NCBI GenBank assembly: GCA_012690745.1
Contig: GCA_012690745.1_4086.5
DNA from: a phage
Direction: 5' to 3' (one strand)
Length of the DNA: 21,210 nt
Part shown: positions 15,579 to 21,210 of the stretch, in pieces
Layout of the letters: each line of letters starts with the position of its first letter
Numbering within the stretch: the first letter of the stretch is position 1
The notes under the pieces: generated by a model
The model's database searches: none
Told to the model about the DNA's origin: nothing
The model's input: only the letters and a program-made list of their open reading frames with translations
Program-made: the position numbers and the translations under genes

Positions 15579-15998
15579 ATGAAAAAGATTTTTTTAAGTA
15601 TTATTTTAGTACTTTTTAGTTTTAATGTATATGCAGCAGATGCTAAACAGGTTGCAAATACAGTAAAAGATGTTATAGTAGATAATGCTCCTACATTAGA
15701 GGAAATTGGGGTAAAAACTTGTGATATAGTAATATATAATTTAGTTAATGATGAACGAGTTATGTTGAATACGTATGAACAAGTAGTCCCATTGGTTGAA
15801 TCTGGTGATGCTTTTAGCTTTACATATAAAGTTAAATTAACAGGAGGGGTTGAAGTTAATCTTGACATTGATACCGCTTCAGTACTAAAAGATAAACTAG
15901 GATATGTGTTCAATCGTATTCGTGAAGAAGGTCATCTTAAGTATGTTTATGAAAGTAAAATACTAAAACGTGCAATAGTTATAGAAAACTGTAAATGA
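15579..15998 (+). CDS. putative secreted protein
   Basis: AAGGA 7 nt upstream; MKKIFLSIILVLFSFNVYAADA signal peptide. Confidence 0.65.
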   Translation: MKKIFLSIILVLFSFNVYAADAKQVANTVKDVIVDNAPTLEEIGVKTCDIVIYNLVNDERVMLNTYEQVVPLVESGDAFSFTYKVKLTGGVEVNLDIDTASVLKDKLGYVFNRIREEGHLKYVYESKILKRAIVIENCK

Positions 15999-16006
15999 TA
16001 ATAAAA

Positions 16007-16039
16007 GGGTTGACTTCGGTCAGCCTTTTTTGTTATGAT
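16007..16039 (+). promoter_or_regulatory. terminator hairpin fused to promoter (copy E)
   Basis: gggttgac-ttcg-gtcagcc (16007..16025) plus T6; TTGACT 16010..16015, 18-nt spacer, TATGAT 16034..16039. Confidence 0.7.
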
Positions 16040-16067
16040 GTTGGTATTAACTACAGAGGATAAAGTA

Positions 16068-16709
16068 ATGACTAAGCAAGACATATTCAAAACTTTAATT
16101 GACATTTTGCGTCCATCAAAAACTCGTTGTGCGATGGAGTTTGATATTCCTTATGCTGAACGCGTAATCTTTCCACAAGTTAAAGCTGCTGGACTTACTT
16201 TGCTTGGAATGGGGATGTACTCTGTAGTAGTTGAACATAAAAACTATCCTGGGCGTGCATTTAAAGTAACCACTTCACGCTGGGATGGTTTTCGTGCTTA
16301 TGCAAAGTACTGCATTGAAAACGCAGGAACCAAGTTTCTTCCAGTGATCTACAGTGCAAACGAACAAGGAAACTTTGGATGGTATGAGATGGACAAGTAC
16401 TATCCTATAATTAAACAAAAAAATAATTATGATGACTTTGTTAGTACTAAAATTGGAGATTTATATTCTTATGCACATGCTGGTCAGTACGCTACTTCAG
16501 TGAATGATATGCGTGGAAATTCTGAAGAGATTGCTATTGCGACGGTCGCTGCTAACATCATGAAAGAGTTTCACGGGCGTTTTGTACCAGACATTCATTC
16601 CAGTAATGTCATGATGGATAAAGATGGCAATGTATTCATTACTGATCCTCTTTCGTGTGATGTACGTAGAGAAATACCAGTTACTGAAGAAGATCCAGTT
16701 TTTTATTGA
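16068..16709 (+). CDS. protein-kinase-like (atypical kinase fold) protein
   Basis: Track start 16035 lies inside the -10 box; ATG 16068 has GAGGA 7 nt upstream. Gly-rich loop LLGMGMYSVVV, candidate beta3 Lys in RAFKV, catalytic-loop-like VPDIHSSNVMMD and DFG-like ITD in canonical order. Confidence 0.65.
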   Translation: MTKQDIFKTLIDILRPSKTRCAMEFDIPYAERVIFPQVKAAGLTLLGMGMYSVVVEHKNYPGRAFKVTTSRWDGFRAYAKYCIENAGTKFLPVIYSANEQGNFGWYEMDKYYPIIKQKNNYDDFVSTKIGDLYSYAHAGQYATSVNDMRGNSEEIAIATVAANIMKEFHGRFVPDIHSSNVMMDKDGNVFITDPLSCDVRREIPVTEEDPVFY

Positions 16710-16770
16710 CAGAACTGATGTTCTGGTGTATTCTTAATAAACCATAAAAATTGCGGTAAAGGATAAAATC

Positions 16771-17052
16771 ATGCGTTCATTTGAAAACTTAATAGGTAAG
16801 CATCTTTTATCTGAAATTGATGCAGACGTTAAAGAATTATCCAAATCAAAAAGTTACATTCATTTGGATGAACTGTTTATTAAGTACGGTGAGATTGGTT
16901 TTAAGTCATTATTTGTTTTTACTATGAAAGTACATAGTTTAAAGTACTTCGATTTGAGTGCTAAAGATGGTGAACCGAATCTATATTACATGTATTACCT
17001 TAAGAACAAAGATGAAGCTAATACATTACTCTCTGAATATATATTGGGGTAA
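16771..17052 (+). CDS. hypothetical protein
   Basis: AAAGGA 7 nt upstream; 93 aa. Confidence 0.6.
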   Translation: MRSFENLIGKHLLSEIDADVKELSKSKSYIHLDELFIKYGEIGFKSLFVFTMKVHSLKYFDLSAKDGEPNLYYMYYLKNKDEANTLLSEYILG

Positions 17053-17054
17053 AA

Positions 17055-17393
17055 ATGGAACAATATTTTGAATTAATAAACAAAGTATCATTTTATGTAG
17101 TATCTTTGGTTTGGGTGTATTATATGTTTTGCTACATTATTGCATTCTTCCGATACACTACTTTATATGAACGTATCTACTATGATGCCCCAATTTCATT
17201 CTTGATGTTTTGTGCATGTACGTGGGGAATATTAGAAGTACTGATATGTGGGTATAGTACTGATGAATTAAATCTGGTATCGGTCTTGACTGGGTTTTCA
17301 TTTGTTGTTATGATAGCTGCCGTTCCAGTATGGTTGTTCTTTGGACTAGTTCATCGCATTGATATATGGCGTTCTAATATCCCTGAAAAGTAA
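17055..17393 (+). CDS. small membrane protein, tandem paralog 1 of 3
   Basis: Three hydrophobic segments; shares FRYTTLYERIY and C-terminal R…NIPEK with the two following ORFs. Confidence 0.6.
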   Translation: MEQYFELINKVSFYVVSLVWVYYMFCYIIAFFRYTTLYERIYYDAPISFLMFCACTWGILEVLICGYSTDELNLVSVLTGFSFVVMIAAVPVWLFFGLVHRIDIWRSNIPEK

Positions 17394-17402
17394 GGATTGG
17401 TA

Positions 17403-17744
17403 ATGATTTATTACACTAACATGTTTGCCTATGCTGTTGCTTGCATTTACATTGTGTACTTCTTATTCGGTGGAGTACTGTGCTTCTTTAAGTACAAAAC
17501 GTTGTTCAACCGAATGTACCCAAATCATCCAATTGTAGTTGTACTTTTGATTCTTTCAGTTTCTCAAATAATCGTTGAAACTACAATGGGTATCAGTAGT
17601 GTACATTATAGTTTTGGTACTATAGTAATTATTACTATGCTTATTGCATACATTTTAGTACTTGGATATGGTATCTTTGGTAATATTGGTATGAAAATGT
17701 ATCATCGAATTAAAACATTACGTGATAATCTACCGGAGCGTTGA
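17403..17744 (+). CDS. small membrane protein, tandem paralog 2 of 3
   Basis: Track start 17397 is TTG; ATG 17403 has AAGGA 6 nt upstream. FKYKTLFNRMY and C-terminal LRDNLPER. Confidence 0.6.
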   Translation: MIYYTNMFAYAVACIYIVYFLFGGVLCFFKYKTLFNRMYPNHPIVVVLLILSVSQIIVETTMGISSVHYSFGTIVIITMLIAYILVLGYGIFGNIGMKMYHRIKTLRDNLPER

Positions 17745-17745
17745 T

Positions 17746-18090
17746 ATGTATAATTTGAACCTAATCTCATATATTATAACAACACTGTTTACATTCTATG
17801 CCTTTGTTGGTATAATCCTACTGTACTTTAAATTTTATAAAGTGTTTAACCGTTTCTATCCTTCAATGGAGAATGAGTTTTTCTTTGTGTTGTACGTAGG
17901 TTACACATTAATGGCTACATGTTTCACTGTAGCCGATGGTGTCATCGGCATTAAAACTGATTCCCCAAATGGTAGTACGCTGGTTGCATTTATTCTTACT
18001 GGATTCCTTGCAACTTATATAGCCTTCATTACAACATGGTCAGTGGTTGAATTTCTCTTGCGACTACGAACGAATATGCCGAATCGATAG
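17746..18090 (+). CDS. small membrane protein, tandem paralog 3 of 3
   Basis: Track start 17722 is GTG inside the previous gene; ATG 17746 has GGAG 7 nt upstream. FKFYKVFNRFY and C-terminal LRTNMPNR. Confidence 0.6.
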   Translation: MYNLNLISYIITTLFTFYAFVGIILLYFKFYKVFNRFYPSMENEFFFVLYVGYTLMATCFTVADGVIGIKTDSPNGSTLVAFILTGFLATYIAFITTWSVVEFLLRLRTNMPNR

Positions 18091-18099
18091 GAGACATAT

Positions 18100-18354
18100 A
18101 TGTTTGCGTTGCGTAATAAAAACACTAAAGAATTATTATGTATTGATACCGTATGGGATTGTGCGGGGTCAACTACAGTTCTTGAAGAAGGAACTGGATA
18201 TTGCGTGTTTGTTGTACATGATAGGAATGAACTCGAATTATTACTTGCTGAGTTCAATGCTGGTGGTAATCCTAACAGTACTGAATACCCTGAGATTATC
18301 AATCCAGCACCACCAGGCTCTTATGAAATTCTACAACTGTGGGAGTTGAAGTAA
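18100..18354 (+). CDS. hypothetical protein
   Basis: AGGAG 6 nt upstream; 84 aa. Confidence 0.6.
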   Translation: MFALRNKNTKELLCIDTVWDCAGSTTVLEEGTGYCVFVVHDRNELELLLAEFNAGGNPNSTEYPEIINPAPPGSYEILQLWELK

Positions 18355-18734
18355 TGCGTCAAATGCACAAAGTAACCGAGCTAAACAAGCGTCTGGTTAA
18401 ACAATCAATGTTCGAGGATAAAGAGTCTTATTATAACTTTAAACGTGCAGTAGAGGCTGCTATCCACATTCAGAAGCTTAAAGAACGTGGTTGTATTATT
18501 CTGGAAAATGGTTCGGAAGTTGTAACGGATGACTTTAGTGTAGCGTTTGATGTTTCACCTGACGGGACGCTATCAATGCCCCGCTTAGGAACTGGAAACA
18601 TGACTGTTTGGGTTGGCTTCACTATGGGGAATGTACCTGGTACTGTGTACGTAGATGATGCGGAATTGAAAGACAGTTTCAAAAACTTATCTTATCTTGA
18701 ACCACAATACGCACATGAAATGAATTTATTTTGA
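18354..18734 (+). CDS. hypothetical protein
   Basis: Track start 18339 overlaps upstream gene; TAATG-coupled ATG at 18354 preferred. Confidence 0.55.
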   Translation: MRQMHKVTELNKRLVKQSMFEDKESYYNFKRAVEAAIHIQKLKERGCIILENGSEVVTDDFSVAFDVSPDGTLSMPRLGTGNMTVWVGFTMGNVPGTVYVDDAELKDSFKNLSYLEPQYAHEMNLF

Positions 18735-18735
18735 G

Positions 18736-18763
18736 TTGACAAACACATTCTGTACTGTATAAT
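18736..18763 (+). promoter_or_regulatory. sigma70-type promoter TTGACA-16-TATAAT
   Basis: TTGACA 18736..18741, spacer ending gtactg, TATAAT 18758..18763; followed by a 7-bp leader hairpin gggatga/tcatccc at 18776..18794. Confidence 0.6.
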
Positions 18764-18812
18764 GCTTATCAAGGGGGGATGAACTTCTCATCCCTACAAT
18801 CGAGGAACTACC

Positions 18813-19367
18813 ATGATTACTTTTAAGAAAACTGCTAACCACATCCATGAAATCTACATTAACGGTCACAAAGCTGGCCTTCTTCGTTTACTCGCCCATC
18901 ACCCTGATGCTACCGTATCTGATAATGAACCTAAAGATTGGCGTGTATTTTTCTTTGGAAAGTACAGTGATTTTCAAGTATCAAACCTGAAGAACATTCG
19001 TTCAGTATGCACGTTAACTGAAATTAAAGAAAAGTTAGCACAAGCATTGAAAACTAATCCAGATGGTGTTCTTCCACCTGATAACTTTGTAGAGAAAGGT
19101 TATGCCTTAGCTCATTTCAAAGATGGTACTATTCAATCTATCAGTACTGAATATGAATATCATTGGACTGAGTACTTCACTTATGGTTCGAGTAATACAT
19201 TGATGGATTCACGTAGTAAATTGGAAGAAGTACTGACTCGTATGAATGAACGCGAGCGTCAGTTATATGACAAACCAGAAATGTGGAGTTCAACTTACAT
19301 TGACCGTATTGACTATGTTATTATGACTCCAATCTTTGACACTGCTTACTATGATTCTTTGAAATAA
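18813..19367 (+). CDS. hypothetical protein
   Basis: GAGGA 6 nt upstream; 184 aa. Confidence 0.65.
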   Translation: MITFKKTANHIHEIYINGHKAGLLRLLAHHPDATVSDNEPKDWRVFFFGKYSDFQVSNLKNIRSVCTLTEIKEKLAQALKTNPDGVLPPDNFVEKGYALAHFKDGTIQSISTEYEYHWTEYFTYGSSNTLMDSRSKLEEVLTRMNERERQLYDKPEMWSSTYIDRIDYVIMTPIFDTAYYDSLK

Positions 19368-19378
19368 GGATAACTTAT

Positions 19379-19555
19379 ATGAAACTACGTACTCGTAATC
19401 GACTGATGGATGCACTGTACCATGAACAGCTTTCACTGAATGAAGTGAAGCGTCAGTTAATGTACACATATCAGTTTCCCGCTCGCATTGCAAAACAACA
19501 TGCTAAAGAATTGCTGAAAGAAGCAATCGAGTACTGGGAATCTGATTCATACTAA
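19379..19555 (+). CDS. hypothetical 58-aa basic, helical protein
   Basis: AAGGA 8 nt upstream of ATG 19379; MKLRTRNRLMDALYHEQLSLNEVKRQL… ; below the ORF-track size cutoff. Confidence 0.45.
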   Translation: MKLRTRNRLMDALYHEQLSLNEVKRQLMYTYQFPARIAKQHAKELLKEAIEYWESDSY

Positions 19556-19559
19556 TATT

Positions 19560-19931
19560 ATGAATATAGATTTGAAAGGTGCAACCCGAACTGTTATCCT
19601 CATTGGGGAATACGCTATCAAGATTCCAACCTTCAAAAGCTGGAAGCTATTCTTAACAGGGATGATAGCTAACCTCAATGAACGTTCGTGGATGCAGTAC
19701 TCCAATCGTAGTGATAGTAGTATCTGTCCTACGTTGTGGTCATCATGTACTGGACTAGTAACTGTACAGAAACGTTGTAAGCCAGTGCATCATAGGGGTT
19801 TATTTTGGGTGGAGTTGTGTGCTTTAGCATTGAATTCAGAGTTAAGTACTGACTTCTTCTATTCAGATGCGAAGCCAGAAAACTTTGGGTATCTGGGTGG
19901 TAAGTTAGTTAAACTTGATTATGGAGATTAA
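19560..19931 (+). CDS. minimal protein-kinase-like protein (N-lobe plus catalytic loop, ends at DYG)
   Basis: VILIGEYAIKIP (beta3 Lys-like), DAKPENFGY (cf. HRDLKPEN) and KLVKLDYGD (DFG-like) in order, but the ORF stops just after DYG; weak SD. Confidence 0.55.
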   Translation: MNIDLKGATRTVILIGEYAIKIPTFKSWKLFLTGMIANLNERSWMQYSNRSDSSICPTLWSSCTGLVTVQKRCKPVHHRGLFWVELCALALNSELSTDFFYSDAKPENFGYLGGKLVKLDYGD

Positions 19932-19932
19932 T

Positions 19933-20202
19933 ATGTACGCACTGTATAATAAAGAAAAGAAACGATTTGCTAAGGTTGAAATTTCGATTGATACATTTGA
20001 TATGTTGGAGTACTGTATTGTAACGGACCTATATGCTAACTTGTATTACGTTCTTGATGACGTATCAGTACTGCAACGATTGCTTGAGAATTCCAAAAGT
20101 CAATGCCAAGGCATCCATGATGGTTCATCTTATGAAACACCTGAGTGTTCCTACGGCTATCTGGACGGGTATGAGATTGTGAAGTTGGGGATTGTTGAAT
20201 AA
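19933..20202 (+). CDS. hypothetical protein
   Basis: Track start 19915 is TTG; ATG 19933 has GGAG 6 nt upstream and follows the upstream stop by 1 nt. Confidence 0.55.
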   Translation: MYALYNKEKKRFAKVEISIDTFDMLEYCIVTDLYANLYYVLDDVSVLQRLLENSKSQCQGIHDGSSYETPECSYGYLDGYEIVKLGIVE

Positions 20203-20295
20203 ATGGATTAAACAATGAAGAAGTGTATGATTCTTTGTTCTAATCACCATCGCATGGTACATTCTGGTAGACTATGTTTGATTGAAAGAAAAAAA

Positions 20296-20328
20296 GGGTT
20301 GACTTCAGTCGGCCCTTTTTGCTATAAT
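20296..20328 (+). promoter_or_regulatory. terminator hairpin fused to promoter (copy F, degenerate stem)
   Basis: gggttgac-ttca-gtcggccc with two G-U pairs plus T5; TTGACT 20299..20304, 18-nt spacer, TATAAT 20323..20328. Confidence 0.65.
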
Positions 20329-20356
20329 CATTTCATCGAAACGAGAGGATGAATAC

Positions 20357-20833
20357 ATGACACGCATTAACTTAGTACACGTTAAAGAACTTGCTGACCA
20401 ACATCTGATGGCTGAATATCGTGAACTCCCACGTGTATTTGGTGCTGTACAAAAACACGTTCAAGCACGTAAGCGTGTACGTGATTTCAAAATTAACAGT
20501 ACTTATCTGTTAGGTTCAGGTCATGTAACATTTTTCTACGACAAGTTACTGTACTTACAGAAGCGTCATATTGATATTGTCAACGAATGTCTGCGTCGTG
20601 GTATGAAGATTCAAAACACTGAAGTAAACGACATTAGCGGCTTCCCTGCTGAGTTTTGTAATGACTACGTACCAACGGAGTCAGAGATTAAAATGTCTCG
20701 TGACCGTTTGATTGAGAAGCTCCAGATGAAGCCTACGTGGTATAAGTTTACTGATGTTGAATGTCCACAGTACGTTAAAGATATGTTGAATGAAATTGAA
20801 GAACAAATCAAAGATGAAATGAATAACTATTAA
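20357..20833 (+). CDS. denV: pyrimidine-dimer DNA glycosylase / AP lyase (T4 endonuclease V homolog)
   Basis: [35 protein letters not shown]…RVRDFKI…[10 protein letters not shown]…PTWYK matches the T4 DenV sequence as I recall it, including N-terminal Thr2 and Glu23; GAGGA upstream. Confidence 0.9.
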   Translation: MTRINLVHVKELADQHLMAEYRELPRVFGAVQKHVQARKRVRDFKINSTYLLGSGHVTFFYDKLLYLQKRHIDIVNECLRRGMKIQNTEVNDISGFPAEFCNDYVPTESEIKMSRDRLIEKLQMKPTWYKFTDVECPQYVKDMLNEIEEQIKDEMNNY

Positions 20834-20840
20834 AGGAAAA

Positions 20841-20872
20841 GGTTGACTTCGGTCAGCCTTTTTTGCTATAAT
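20841..20872 (+). promoter_or_regulatory. terminator hairpin fused to promoter (copy G)
   Basis: ggttgac-ttcg-gtcagcc (20841..20858) plus T6; TTGACT 20843..20848, 18-nt spacer, TATAAT 20867..20872. Confidence 0.7.
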
Positions 20873-20914
20873 TATTTTATAGAAATTAAAGTACTAAATT
20901 GGAGTTTTTAATTA

Positions 20915-21210
20915 ATGCCAGCTAAAAAAACAACTGAACAATTCATTAAAGACGCAAAAGAAAAAAGAACTGACATTGATTTTGATTATAGTAAAGTTAA
21001 TTATATTAATTCTTTTACAAAAGTAACTATTATTGATCCTGAATTTGGTGAGTTTGATATTACACCCAATCACTTTTTAAGTGGTAGTGGGCATCCTATC
21101 CGTGGTGGTTCATCTAAAAAAACAACAGAACAATTTATTAAAGAAGCAAAAGAAAAGAGATCTGACATTGATTTTGATTATAGCAAAGTTAATTATATTA
21201 ATACTAAAAC
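20915..21210 (+). CDS. hypothetical protein with tandemly repeated ~30-aa module (partial, continues past window)
   Basis: GGAG upstream of ATG 20915; KKTTEQFIKDAKEKRTDIDFDYSKVNYIN recurs as KKTTEQFIKEAKEKRSDIDFDYSKVNYIN 64 codons later; open at window end. Confidence 0.6.
   Translation, partial: MPAKKTTEQFIKDAKEKRTDIDFDYSKVNYINSFTKVTIIDPEFGEFDITPNHFLSGSGHPIRGGSSKKTTEQFIKEAKEKRSDIDFDYSKVNYINTK
20921..21202 (+). repeat. direct repeat, two ~90-bp copies (20921..21010 and 21113..21202) within the partial ORF
   Basis: The two copies are about 90% identical at DNA level, period 192 bp, in frame. Confidence 0.8.

Noticed and set aside
715-19493. All minus-strand ORFs in the six-frame track (e.g. 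715..906, 2028..2228, 7256..7573, 11219..11560, 13868..14110, 15395..15913, 18015..18302)
   Set aside because: Each lies antisense within or across better-supported + strand genes, has no SD-like motif or promoter, and has Cys/Ser/Leu-rich composition typical of antisense reads of AT-rich coding DNA. The 2028..2228 ORF falls in the candidate ncRNA region and is equally unsupported.
4133-19932. ORF-track start positions 4133, 6054, 7151, 7488, 9915, 11837, 12417, 14909, 16035, 17397, 17722, 18339, 19915
   Set aside because: These are first-in-frame ATG/GTG/TTG codons that overlap an upstream gene or lack an SD; a downstream in-frame ATG with a properly spaced SD was preferred in each case.
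20215-20352. 45-codon Cys/His-rich ORF (MKKCMILCSNHHRMVHSGRLC…) between 19933..20202 and denV
   Set aside because: No SD motif, and the frame runs straight through terminator/promoter copy F; more likely intergenic.
1-21210. High frequency of AGTACT / CAGTACTG strings
   Set aside because: Mostly explained by codon pairs in coding sequence and by the shared promoter spacer; no evidence of an independent repeat family.
1-21210. CRISPR array, integrase/transposase or IS element, prophage att sites
   Set aside because: No short direct repeats with unique spacers, no recognisable recombinase motifs in any ORF, and no terminal inverted repeats; the only repeat family is the terminator-promoter module.

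Overview
This window reads as an accessory (hyperplastic) region of a T4-like phage genome: AT-rich, with about 54 short, tightly packed genes that are all on the + strand, many of them translationally coupled (ATGA / TAATG overlaps). The anchor is a clear T4 endonuclease V (DenV) homolog at 20357..20833, supported by two exact T4-type late promoter boxes (TATAAATA) and sigma70-like early promoters. Most products are small proteins of unknown function, many with signal peptides, lipoboxes or transmembrane segments. Calls with recognisable motifs are a sigma70-family factor (728..1693) immediately downstream of an HslV/proteasome-beta-like ORF (209..706), an HNH endonuclease in a three-gene operon (2344..3569), and two protein-kinase-like ORFs (16068..16709, 19560..19931). 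Structure not explained by coding sequence: (i) a roughly 0.5 kb ORF-free, GC-richer, hairpin-dense segment (1763..2250) with its own promoter, a candidate structured ncRNA; (ii) eight copies of a near-identical module in which an intrinsic terminator hairpin carries the -35 box of the next promoter, bracketing gene cassettes; (iii) a structured 5' leader at 4461..4524. No tRNA, rRNA, CRISPR array, integrase or transposase was found. Several start codons were moved from the ORF-track position to a downstream ATG with a Shine-Dalgarno motif. All functional calls are from motif reading by eye, not from database searches.
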